58,559 bases of DNA from an uncultured Dehalococcoidia bacterium (GTDB lineage: Bacteria > Chloroflexota > Dehalococcoidia > Lucifugimonadales > OSU-TB39): positions 1 to 58,559 of the forward strand of contig CAZYCG010000002.1 of assembly GCA_964645865.1 (NCBI GenBank), given 5' to 3'. The notes below the pieces were generated by a model. That model saw only the letters and a program-made list of their open reading frames with translations, was not told the DNA's origin and made no database searches. The stretch's first letter is position 1. Each line of letters opens with the position of its first letter. This document shows positions 1 to 8,922 of this stretch, one piece after another. A program made the translations under genes and the position numbers.

Positions 1-674
1 ATGGAATATATATCCCTGAAGTTTTGATTGGCAAAAATGTTTTACATTTACCAACAGCTAAAACACACGTTTTTACAACTGTTACGGGTGCAATGAAAAA
101 TGCTTTTGGGGGATTATTGAATTATAGAAGGCATTGGACTCATTCAGTAATCCATGAAACTTTAGTAGACTTGTTAACGATTCAAAAAGAAATTCATACA
201 GGTGTTTTTGCCATGATTGATTCTTCTTTGGCGGGTGATGGTCCTGGTCCTAGGGCAATGAATTGGCATGAAAAAAACCTGATTATTTCTGGATCTGATC
301 AGGTGGCGGTTGATGCAGTTATGGCGAAAATTATGGGTTTTGATCCTATGTCGATAAAATTTATAAATTTAGCACATAATCAAGGTTTAGGATGTGGTGA
401 TATTAAGGAAATAGAAATATTGGGTGAAGATATAGTTGAAACTAACTGGCATTTTAAATCTAACGAAGATACCTTTGCTAGCTGGGGTCAAAAGCTTATT
501 TATTGGGGCCCGCTAAAAAAACTTGAAAAATTTTTGCTAAGAACTCCGATAGTTCTTTGGGCCTTTTGGGCTTCAAATTTATATCATAATCAATATTGGC
601 TTAGGTTTATTGGGAGTAAAAGGGTTAAGGCTGCAATGAAAACACAGTGGGGTAAATTGTTCGATAAATATTAG
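1..674 (+). CDS. DUF362 domain protein, C-terminal part (5' end lies upstream of the window)
   Basis: Frame 3 is open from nt 3 (..IPEVLIGKNV..), so the TTG at 24 is not the real start. AGDGPGPRAM...GSDQVAVDAVMAKIMGFDP resembles the DUF362 core as I remember it. Confidence 0.6.
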   Translation, partial: GIYIPEVLIGKNVLHLPTAKTHVFTTVTGAMKNAFGGLLNYRRHWTHSVIHETLVDLLTIQKEIHTGVFAMIDSSLAGDGPGPRAMNWHEKNLIISGSDQVAVDAVMAKIMGFDPMSIKFINLAHNQGLGCGDIKEIEILGEDIVETNWHFKSNEDTFASWGQKLIYWGPLKKLEKFLLRTPIVLWAFWASNLYHNQYWLRFIGSKRVKAAMKTQWGKLFDKY

Positions 675-708
675 AATAATCTCTAATAAATCCGTATTTT
701 TTATTTAA

Positions 709-1977
709 TCACGTTCTAATATGTCCATCTCCCTCAACTATCCATTTGTAAGAAGTTAATGATTCAAGGCCCATCGGACCTCTAGCATGAAATTTACTTG
801 TACTTATCGCAACTTCGGCACCTAGTCCAAGTTGTCCTCCGTCGTTAAAACGTGTACTTGCATTTAACATAACTACGCTCGAATCAACCTGTTTTAAGAA
901 AAGCTGTGCGGTATGTTTGTTCTCTGTGATAATTGTATCAGTATGCCCAGCTCGAAATGTAAATTTTTGAATATGCGATATAGCTTCTTCAACATTTTTG
1001 ACAACTTTTATGGATAAAGTGAGTGATAAAAATTCTCTGCCCCAATCGTTGCTTGTAGCAGGAGAAACATTTGATTGTTGGGCGCCTATTATATTTAAGG
1101 CTTCGTTGTCACATTTAATTTCAACGTTATGAAGAAAAAGTTCTTCTACAATTTTTGGCAGAAATTCATTTGCGATGGTTTCATTCACAAGGATAGTATC
1201 TAAAGCGTTACATACATAAGGATTAGATATCTTTGCATTACAACTAATTGAAATCGCCTTTTCAATATTTGCGTCTGAATCAATATAAATATGTGATATC
1301 CCTATCCCTCCTGTAACAGCAGGCATTTCAGCATTTTCAGCCACTAATTTGACCAATTCTGAACTGCCACGGGGTATTATTAAGTCTATATATTGTTTAA
1401 GTTTAAGCATTTCTGTAACTAATGCTCGATCAGTATTTTCAATAACCGTTATAGCATTTTGGGGTAAATCATTATTTTTTAGAGACTTCTGTATTAACTG
1501 GGTTAAATAAACATTTGTACGTATGGCTTCTTTGCCACCTCTCAAAATTGCGCAATTTCCTGATTTAATGCATAGTGCACTTATATCAATTGTAACGTTT
1601 GGTCTGCTTTCGTATATAATTCCTATTACGCCAAGAGGCACTCTTTTTTTATATACTTTAAGACCGTTTTGCAAATCATTTTTGTCAAATATATTCCCAA
1701 TAGGATCCGGCAAATTAATTATGTTTGAAATACCATCGATAATGTCGTCTATCGATTTTTGTGACAGGCGTAATCTTTCTAATGCACTTGAATTTTTATT
1801 CTTCTTTAGCTTACTTTCTGAGTAATCACGGTTGTTTTCTTTTAGTATCTGGTTTTTATTGTCGTTGAGAGAATTAGCCAATTCTTCTAATGCTGAATTG
1901 CGGTTTTGAATATCAGAAATCGATAAAGACTTAGAAGCTTCTTGAGATTCTATAGCTTTTTTAATAAGTTCATTCAT
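709..1977 (-). CDS. proA: gamma-glutamyl phosphate reductase
   Basis: 422 aa. Aldehyde-dehydrogenase-like with VCNALDTILV (catalytic Cys), GHTDTIITEN and STRFNDGGQLGLGAEV. AGGGA RBS lies 7 nt before the ATG. It is directly downstream of proB. Confidence 0.93.
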   Translation of the reverse strand: MNELIKKAIESQEASKSLSISDIQNRNSALEELANSLNDNKNQILKENNRDYSESKLKKNKNSSALERLRLSQKSIDDIIDGISNIINLPDPIGNIFDKNDLQNGLKVYKKRVPLGVIGIIYESRPNVTIDISALCIKSGNCAILRGGKEAIRTNVYLTQLIQKSLKNNDLPQNAITVIENTDRALVTEMLKLKQYIDLIIPRGSSELVKLVAENAEMPAVTGGIGISHIYIDSDANIEKAISISCNAKISNPYVCNALDTILVNETIANEFLPKIVEELFLHNVEIKCDNEALNIIGAQQSNVSPATSNDWGREFLSLTLSIKVVKNVEEAISHIQKFTFRAGHTDTIITENKHTAQLFLKQVDSSVVMLNASTRFNDGGQLGLGAEVAISTSKFHARGPMGLESLTSYKWIVEGDGHIRT

Positions 1978-2033
1978 CTAATATCCCTAGATTTTATAAA
2001 CCAATTGTAATGAATGGTTTGTTAAAGTCGAAT

Positions 2034-3176
2034 TCATGTGGGTACATCTTTATCATTAATAATTACCAGATTGTCCTTATGGATTACTTCGTCTCCATAA
2101 TGATGTCCTAACAATTTATGTATTTCGCTTGATTGTCTGCCCTGAATTTTCTTTGATTCCAAAGCATTATAATTAGAGATACCCGCTGCAATGAGTTTTG
2201 AATCGCCGCCATATATTGATACAATATCGCCTCTATCAAATAAACCTTCAATATTAATTATCCCAGCAGGTAATAGACTTGTGTTTTCACTGACAATTGC
2301 TTGTTGGGCCCCCGAGTCAATTTGTACGTGTCCTGTATTTGTTAATTTACTTATCATCCATCTTTTTCTACTTTCCAGTTTAGAATTAGTGGCAGAAATA
2401 AGTGATCCTATCTGTTCTCCTTTAGCTAAGCGGAGTAATATGTCGGGTTCCAAGCCGTTACATATTATTACGTTGGTTCCAGAAGAGGTAGCCAGTTTAG
2501 CAGCCTGAAGTTTTGTAGCCATTCCTCCTCTGCCTTTGGTGTCTGATGGACCACCTGCATTTAAATTATTACTAGAATCGGTTAAGTCTATTTTCTTCAA
2601 AAATTGAGCTTGTGGATCTATGTTTGGGTCGGAAGTAAATACTCCTTTAGTTTTACCCAATATTATCAGCAAATCGGCATCTATCAGATTTGCTACAAGG
2701 GCTGAAAGATTATCATTATCACCGAAGTCATGATTTTCAATTTCTTCTATTGCAACTACATCGTTTTCATTTATGATAGGCAAGACATGCATTTCTAACA
2801 AATTGATCAAAGTATTCCTTATGTTCAAATAGCTTAGTCTATCTGATACATCTTTGCGGGTAAGCAAAGCTTGGGCAATGGGTATATCATATTGCTTGAA
2901 TATCGCTCCATATTGATTCATTAGTTGGATTTGACCGGTTGCTGCTAAAACTTGTCTTATCGCGATAGGGTTTTTTTCTTCTTGTTTTTTTAAAACTTGT
3001 CTTCCTGCTGCCACTGCACCGGAAGATACTAATATGATTTGTAGGCCATCTGATCTTAAAGAATCAATCTGTTTGGCGAGAAGGTTTATAACTTCGGTAT
3101 TGAGGTTGTTATTTCTATCAGTTAGAAGTGTCGTACCTATTTTAACAATTATTCTTTTGTAAATTCGGTTGCTAAT
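2034..3176 (-). CDS. proB: glutamate 5-kinase with C-terminal PUA domain (start codon non-canonical, see findings)
   Basis: GRGGMATKLQAAKLA kinase motif. PUA-like C-terminus (LLPAGIINIEGLFDRGDIVSI). The frame stays open upstream of the listed GTG (3014) and encodes the conserved N-terminus RIIVKIGTTLLTD...ILVSSGAVAAG. The proposed start is ATT at 3176, preceded by GAAAGG. Confidence 0.85.
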   Translation of the reverse strand: MSNRIYKRIIVKIGTTLLTDRNNNLNTEVINLLAKQIDSLRSDGLQIILVSSGAVAAGRQVLKKQEEKNPIAIRQVLAATGQIQLMNQYGAIFKQYDIPIAQALLTRKDVSDRLSYLNIRNTLINLLEMHVLPIINENDVVAIEEIENHDFGDNDNLSALVANLIDADLLIILGKTKGVFTSDPNIDPQAQFLKKIDLTDSSNNLNAGGPSDTKGRGGMATKLQAAKLATSSGTNVIICNGLEPDILLRLAKGEQIGSLISATNSKLESRKRWMISKLTNTGHVQIDSGAQQAIVSENTSLLPAGIINIEGLFDRGDIVSIYGGDSKLIAAGISNYNALESKKIQGRQSSEIHKLLGHHYGDEVIHKDNLVIINDKDVPT

Positions 3177-3228
3177 TTTATACCTTTCTAATTGGTGTTG
3201 AATATCAGTATAAATAATTTAGGCGATA

Positions 3229-4332
3229 TTACCAAGAAGGATTAATGTCTTCGTAGGTATTGTTAGTTAGTCTCTGTTGATTTCCCCCGTTACTTGACAT
3301 GGTAAATATTTCGGCGTCACCATCCAGATAAGAGACGAAAGCTATTTTTGAACCGTCAGGAGACCATACTGGAGTTTCGTCTAAGACTGAATTATGCGTC
3401 AATTGTTTAGGTTCTGGATTATCTTGGCGAGTATCAACGATATATATTTCTGGGTCGTAAATGTCTGGGTCTAGTTCCTCGCTTGATTCTCTTTTTTCCA
3501 TAACACCAGAACAATTGTTTAAAAGATTAATAGGATCCCAGCATTTATGCCTAGAGACGAACAGGATATATCTGCCATCTGGTGACCAGGAAATATTGCT
3601 TTTAATATACTCGTTGTTTGTTAATCTTTTTATATTCGAACCATCATCGTCCATCAAGTAAATATCCGGTGTTGAATTAGTTTCAGAAACATAAGCTATT
3701 TTATTTGCAACAGGTGACCACATCGGATTTGAGTCAATCGTTGTTGTTAGCCTGTATTCATTTACTCCATTGGGATTTCTAACGTAAGTGCCCTGTTGAT
3801 AAGCATCTTTAACTGTGAAAACAACTCTTGAGCCATCTTTAGACCAGTTGCCTCCTGTTTGAACTTTTAGCGATGTTAATCTCATTGGGTTACTGTCATT
3901 TGTTTCAACAATATATAGTCCAGACTTTATTGCAGTAGATGTAATCGATTGAACAAATGATAATCGGTCAGAGGTTGGTGACCATTCAACGTTATTGAAC
4001 AGAGGAAGGTCGTTAGAATTATTAGTTAATTGGTTTCTTGGCCCGCCAGATATGGGCATGGTTTCAATTGAATATCTATTTACGTCTTTTGTTATGAAAA
4101 CGATTTCATTCCCGTTTTTTGCAACGATTGGCTTGGATTCATCATATCTACTATTGGTCAAATTTATTTCTTCTAAAGTATCGGTATTTATAGAATAAAT
4201 ATCTAAATTGCCGTTACGATGAGAAGAAAAAACCAATGACGATTCAGAAGATTCACAGCCAGTTAAAAAAATTGCTGCCATAATAATCATTAATAGTAAT
4301 GCCGGAACAGTTTTTGATAAATGTTTTACCAT
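3229..4332 (-). CDS. TolB-like PD40/WD40-type beta-propeller lipoprotein
   Basis: Signal peptide plus lipobox (AAIFLTGC). Repeated WSPDG-type blades (WSPTSDRLSFV, WSKDGSRVVFT, WSPVANKIAYVS, WSPDGRYILFVS, WSPDGSKIAFVS). Confidence 0.75.
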   Translation of the reverse strand: MVKHLSKTVPALLLMIIMAAIFLTGCESSESSLVFSSHRNGNLDIYSINTDTLEEINLTNSRYDESKPIVAKNGNEIVFITKDVNRYSIETMPISGGPRNQLTNNSNDLPLFNNVEWSPTSDRLSFVQSITSTAIKSGLYIVETNDSNPMRLTSLKVQTGGNWSKDGSRVVFTVKDAYQQGTYVRNPNGVNEYRLTTTIDSNPMWSPVANKIAYVSETNSTPDIYLMDDDGSNIKRLTNNEYIKSNISWSPDGRYILFVSRHKCWDPINLLNNCSGVMEKRESSEELDPDIYDPEIYIVDTRQDNPEPKQLTHNSVLDETPVWSPDGSKIAFVSYLDGDAEIFTMSSNGGNQQRLTNNTYEDINPSW

Positions 4333-4473
4333 ATTTAATACGCTGATTTTAATAGTTTATACTATGCAATAATAATCCATTTTATGCCTTAAAATGCAAG
4401 CAGAAAACGGTTCTCATTATTGGGTGTTTAATTTTTTAGTAACAGGTTAGAGTCATATATCGAGGCAATATAC

Positions 4474-5283
4474 TTGGAAGTTTTACTGGAGCAATTAATG
4501 TTTATAGAGCTTACAGTGATTTTGGTGAGTGCTACGTTATTTAAATTTGGTCTTATGTTCTTAGGCGATCACGGCATCCAAAATAAAAAGACAATCACCT
4601 ATGGTTTGGTTTTATCTGATTTCTCAAAGTTATATTTAGTGCCAATAATTGGAAATCTTTTATCACTAAAACATGATGTAAGAGATAAAAGAGTTAATAG
4701 CCTGATTAATTTATTATTGGAAATTGCTGTTGTATTATCTGTTATTGTTCTTTTTTATCAAGGTGGTTTGTTATTCGATTTGATATTCAAGTTGTTTTGG
4801 ATATCGATTTTTTTGTCATTGGCGTTAATCGATTTAAATAGCAGGAAATTGCCCAACCGTTTCATATTTCCTTTAATCTTTATTTTGATATTTTTAATTC
4901 CATTCTGGAATGTAATGTCCTATGAAAGAAATCTTCTAGGTTTCTCGGGGTATATGGGTTCAATTATTAATACAAGTTTAATCTCTATTGCGTTGACGGT
5001 TTTTGGGATGGGAATATATTATTCATATCCGGGTTTTGTTGGCGGTGGCGATATTAAATTAGTAGTAATCATTGGACTATTTTTTGGATTCCCCGATTCT
5101 TTAATTGTAATTTATTTGTCGATTATGGTTGGGGCTTTAGTTAGCATTATTAAAATGGTAATTGATAAAAATATACGTTCAGTAACAATACCTTTTGGTA
5201 CGATTTTATCTTTGTCTTCGATAATCGCTATACTTTCCCATAACCAGTTAAGGCACGTTTATGCGTTTATAGATTCAGGCTGA
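4474..5283 (+). CDS. A24-family prepilin peptidase-like membrane aspartyl protease
   Basis: Polytopic membrane protein with the two A24 Asp motifs (ALIDLNSRKLPN and GGGDIKLVVIIG). TTG start lies 8 nt after GAGG. No Cys-rich N-terminal methyltransferase-type region. Confidence 0.7.
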   Translation: MEVLLEQLMFIELTVILVSATLFKFGLMFLGDHGIQNKKTITYGLVLSDFSKLYLVPIIGNLLSLKHDVRDKRVNSLINLLLEIAVVLSVIVLFYQGGLLFDLIFKLFWISIFLSLALIDLNSRKLPNRFIFPLIFILIFLIPFWNVMSYERNLLGFSGYMGSIINTSLISIALTVFGMGIYYSYPGFVGGGDIKLVVIIGLFFGFPDSLIVIYLSIMVGALVSIIKMVIDKNIRSVTIPFGTILSLSSIIAILSHNQLRHVYAFIDSG

Positions 5284-5303
5284 ATTTATTTTAAAATGCC
5301 GGT

Positions 5304-6737
5304 TTAAGAAACGGGAGGGATTGCTTGAATCCATGGATTGATGGATTCAAGTTTTAGGGAAGCTGCCAGAACTGTTGATTCACAATTCGGTTTGCCAATT
5401 ATATGTAACCCGACTGGCAGTTTGGTTTTAGTAAAACCACAGGGTATGCTCGCGGCAGGATTTCCTATCATATTTATTGGAAATGTATTTGGAAATGCCC
5501 CCCAGAATTCGTTTGTTTCAACGCCATTTATTTTGGTTGGAGGGTTACCAACAGGAAATGCAGGAACCGAAGTAGTAGGAGTGAATATCAAATCGAATTT
5601 TTCGAAAGCTGACGCAAATTTTGCTTTGACAATATCAATTTCACCAACTGCGCGAGCATAATCAACACCTGTTACCTTGGATCCGTATTCAAGACATTTC
5701 TGTGTATACCAAGCTAGATGAGTTTCGTTATTTTTATATAATTTGTGATATGAAGCAAATACGTTCGTGCTGAATAATGTCCAAAATGCTTCAAATGGTT
5801 GGCCTATGTCAATTTTTACTAAATCAACATTCGGGTTTTGTTGCAGAGAATTGACTGTTTTTTTACAGATGGAAATAACTTCTTCGTCTATCTCCCCAAA
5901 ACCAAAATGATCAATCCACCCAATTCTTAATTTATCAAAACTGGCTTCTTTGAGATTAGATAGTTCATTGAAGGTTTTTTTAAGAGAGATTGGATCTCTT
6001 TCATCATGTCCGGCAATAACGCTTAATAGCATCATCGAATCTTTCACTGTTCTAGTTATGGGACCAGCTTGACTGGTTTGGTTTGCAATAGGGGTTGTGG
6101 GAAAGCCGGGGTAGCGCGGTATTGTTCCCAATGTGGGTTTTATACCGTAAACACCACAAAAGCTAGCAGGTATTCTTATTGAACCTCCGCCATCGCTTCC
6201 TGTGGCTAAAGCACATAAACCAGCTGATATAGCAGAAGCAGCTCCACCGCTTGAACCTCCGGAGGTCATTTCATTGTTCCATGGATTTCTACAATGATTT
6301 TGCCAGCTCGAGTTGCCCAATCTATTTTCTGTTGACCCCAAGAGTCCGAATTCTGGTGTGTTTGTTTTGCCTATAATAATGGCTCCTGATTTACGTATTC
6401 TTTCAACCACAATCGAATCAAATTCGGGAATTTTATCTTGAAAAACTAATGATCCCATTGTTGTTTTTATTCCCTGGGTAGATTCGAGGTCTTTTATTGA
6501 TATTGGTATGCCATGAAGCGGACCTAGTGTCTCCTTATCCATTATGGCTTTTTCAGCGGACTTAGCGTTTTCTATGGCTTTTTCTGGAGTAGTAGTTATG
6601 AAAGAATTTATATGTTGATCCAAGTTATCTATCCGATCAAGGTAAATCTGCGTTATTTCAACTGGTGAAATTTCTTTATTTAACATCAGATCATGCAGTT
6701 CTGCAGCAGGTTTAAAGGCCAGTTCTTTAGAGTTCAT
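5304..6737 (-). CDS. amidase-signature family amidase
   Basis: 477 aa. GGSSGGAASAISAG and GSDGGGSIRIPASFCG amidase-signature motifs. Substrate unknown. Confidence 0.85.
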   Translation of the reverse strand: MNSKELAFKPAAELHDLMLNKEISPVEITQIYLDRIDNLDQHINSFITTTPEKAIENAKSAEKAIMDKETLGPLHGIPISIKDLESTQGIKTTMGSLVFQDKIPEFDSIVVERIRKSGAIIIGKTNTPEFGLLGSTENRLGNSSWQNHCRNPWNNEMTSGGSSGGAASAISAGLCALATGSDGGGSIRIPASFCGVYGIKPTLGTIPRYPGFPTTPIANQTSQAGPITRTVKDSMMLLSVIAGHDERDPISLKKTFNELSNLKEASFDKLRIGWIDHFGFGEIDEEVISICKKTVNSLQQNPNVDLVKIDIGQPFEAFWTLFSTNVFASYHKLYKNNETHLAWYTQKCLEYGSKVTGVDYARAVGEIDIVKAKFASAFEKFDLIFTPTTSVPAFPVGNPPTKINGVETNEFWGAFPNTFPINMIGNPAASIPCGFTKTKLPVGLHIIGKPNCESTVLAASLKLESINPWIQAIPPVS

Positions 6738-6919
6738 TTTTCACCTTGTCAAATTAATCAATGTAATAAATTCGAGTCTAACATCGGTTTTTATCACGGT
6801 CAACGAATATAAAAATAGTATAATATCTTTAATTAACGACTCACGGCTAAGTGATTAGTCTACTTATCAAGGTGCATTAAGCTTTGATAATCCGTTAACT
6901 AAGTTAATTTGAAAAGAAA

Positions 6920-7279
6920 ATGAAAAACAAATCAGAAAATGTTAACGTGCGGATTTTGTATTGGAAAGAAATTCCTTTACAAGTAGAAGTTGAGGTTTTT
7001 GGAAATAAGTTGTCACGTCAGCTAGAGGATAGATTTCAAGAGGGTGTTGACGCTATAGCGATGTTTGAAAATAGTTACGGGTCGGATGATTATTTAAATG
7101 GGTTCTTGTGGGGTGAAAGTTTTTTAGTACAAGGGGAAATAAATAGCGTGTTGGAAGATAAGGTTAATTGTTTTAACAAGAAATTCCCTAAAGACTTTGT
7201 ATCCAGAATTAGAGACTTACAGAAGCAAGGCAAGAGAAAAACTATGCCCGGTTCTGCAGACCATTGGATGGAATGTTAG
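6920..7279 (+). CDS. small conserved protein of unknown function, first gene of the corrinoid operon
   Basis: 119 aa, soluble. VRILYWKEIPLQVEV...GVDAIAM...DDYL..W resembles the ~100-aa 'virulence factor'-annotated domain that I recall next to folate/methionine methyltransferase genes. This is memory only. It lies 12 nt upstream of the next gene. Confidence 0.45.
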   Translation: MKNKSENVNVRILYWKEIPLQVEVEVFGNKLSRQLEDRFQEGVDAIAMFENSYGSDDYLNGFLWGESFLVQGEINSVLEDKVNCFNKKFPKDFVSRIRDLQKQGKRKTMPGSADHWMEC

Positions 7280-7291
7280 GTAAAACGTGGA

Positions 7292-8185
7292 ATGGATTTA
7301 CTAAAAAGAATTGAAAGTGGCGTAACTCTTATATCAGATGGTGCAACTGGAACATACTTACAGAGTAACGGGTTGGAACCCGGAGGCTGTCCTGAGCATC
7401 TGAATTTAACCAATCCTGAACTCATTGTTAAAATGGCAAATGACTATTTTAACAATGGAGCAGATTTAGTTATAACTAATTCATTTGGTGGCAATCCTTT
7501 CATGCTAGATAAATATGGTCTAAGAAAGGAATTGGGCGTCATTAATAAGAAAGCAGCACAACATGCTAAAAGTGCGTGCCCTGCCGGGAAATTTGTTTTA
7601 GGTTGTGTTGGTCCTACTGGCGAATTTTTACAACCGCTTGGTCCTGTAAGTGAAAAGGAAATGTTTACAGGGTTTACTGAACAGATCCAAGCTTTAGATG
7701 AAGGTGGAGCTGACGGTATAATAATAGAAACCATGACGTCTTTAGAAGAAACCCTTTTGGCTGTAGAATCTGCGAAACTTAACACAAATTTAGTTGTAAT
7801 GGCTACAATGACATTTGACTTAGGACCTAGGGGATTTTTTACTATGATGGGAGTTACTCCTGAAGAAGCGGTTAAGGAAATTCGCAAAAAAGGTGCAGAT
7901 GTAGTAGGTGCAAATTGTGGAAATGGTATAGAAAACATGGTTAAAATAGCTAAAATAATGAGAAATGTAGATGACGGGCCTTTAGTCATTCACAGCAATG
8001 CTGGATTCCCTAAAATTATTAATGGAAGGATAGTTTATCCTGAGACTCCTGAATACATGTCTGAAAAATTTAAAGAATTAATTGAAGCAAAAATAAATAT
8101 TATGGGAGGATGTTGCGGCACAACACCTAGCCATATTTCTGCCATACATTCTGTTGTTTCAAAATATTCAAGCAATAAAGAATAA
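7292..8185 (+). CDS. homocysteine S-methyltransferase domain protein (stand-alone MetH/BHMT-type Hcy-binding module)
   Basis: 297 aa. DGATGT, ITNSFG, GCVGPTG, GANCG and the terminal GGCCGTTPSHI (Zn-thiolate Cys set) are typical of the Hcy-binding TIM barrel. Confidence 0.88.
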   Translation: MDLLKRIESGVTLISDGATGTYLQSNGLEPGGCPEHLNLTNPELIVKMANDYFNNGADLVITNSFGGNPFMLDKYGLRKELGVINKKAAQHAKSACPAGKFVLGCVGPTGEFLQPLGPVSEKEMFTGFTEQIQALDEGGADGIIIETMTSLEETLLAVESAKLNTNLVVMATMTFDLGPRGFFTMMGVTPEEAVKEIRKKGADVVGANCGNGIENMVKIAKIMRNVDDGPLVIHSNAGFPKIINGRIVYPETPEYMSEKFKELIEAKINIMGGCCGTTPSHISAIHSVVSKYSSNKE

Positions 8186-8205
8186 AATAACAATAAGGCA
8201 ATATA

Positions 8206-8880
8206 ATGAATGAAATAGATAATAATGGAAACATCAAAGATGTTTTAAATAGAATTGGAAGTTGTTCAGAACTAATATCGATTGACCCTTATTTTAAGGA
8301 TATTAGTGTGGGACTATACGAGAAAAATGGTATTTACACTGTTTGGTCTTTTAGCAAGGTTTCGGGCGTTTCTAATAGGATAAGCGAAATAAGAGATCAA
8401 TTAGTTAATTTGGGCGGAATGGTACCTGTGCCGGATACGAATAACCAAGTTAAATTTCCTAATGGGGAATTATATGATAGACCAGTTAAATTTTTGATAA
8501 AATTAGCTGTAGAGAAGCCTTCTGACTATAGACATCCAGATGGTCAGATTAGGATTAAAGATCTTCGTTCTCCCCTGACCTTGATTATCAATTCTCATGA
8601 CGAAAATGGCAAAAGGATCTATGAAGTAACAACTGAAGGGGAATTTAAAAACCCAGAACTACGAAAACGTGCAACAGTTCAAGGATTTATTAGATATGGG
8701 GAGATGGAAAAAATAGACAATACCAAAGTAATGTTTAACGGAGGATATAGACGGGATGAATTAATCCGTATTATTCTTCCTTACGCTCGAAATATAACAG
8801 GAACCCAAGATATGTTAGATGCTGACTCGATGCGAGGCCAAATGACTACAAATACTCTTGGGTTTTCAACGCAAGAGTAG
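8206..8880 (+). CDS. hypothetical protein embedded in the corrinoid operon
   Basis: 224-aa soluble ORF, 20 nt after the Hcy methyltransferase and 42 nt before the URO-D gene. I recognise no motif. Confidence 0.5.
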   Translation: MNEIDNNGNIKDVLNRIGSCSELISIDPYFKDISVGLYEKNGIYTVWSFSKVSGVSNRISEIRDQLVNLGGMVPVPDTNNQVKFPNGELYDRPVKFLIKLAVEKPSDYRHPDGQIRIKDLRSPLTLIINSHDENGKRIYEVTTEGEFKNPELRKRATVQGFIRYGEMEKIDNTKVMFNGGYRRDELIRIILPYARNITGTQDMLDADSMRGQMTTNTLGFSTQE

Positions 8881-8922
8881 AAACTTTACACCTATTAACT
8901 TAGGAAATTTTGGAGGGAAGCA

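Noticed and set aside
1523-1825. Antisense or overlapping ORFs in the six-frame track. Examples are 1523-1825, 2191-2508, 5338-5661, 7444-7989, 11262-11681, 19009-19368, 25765-26283, 29884-30183, 41095-41388, 45326-45631, 51550-51915 and 57824-58147.
   Set aside because: Each lies entirely inside a well-supported gene on the opposite strand or in another frame. None has a recognisable motif, and their composition is typical of shadow frames. I treat them as non-coding.
6738-6919. Cobalamin riboswitch in front of the corrinoid operon.
   Set aside because: The region is only 182 nt, very AT-rich, and lacks anything resembling the B12-box or the G+C-rich multi-helix core. Only a single hairpin and a palindrome are visible, and these are reported separately.
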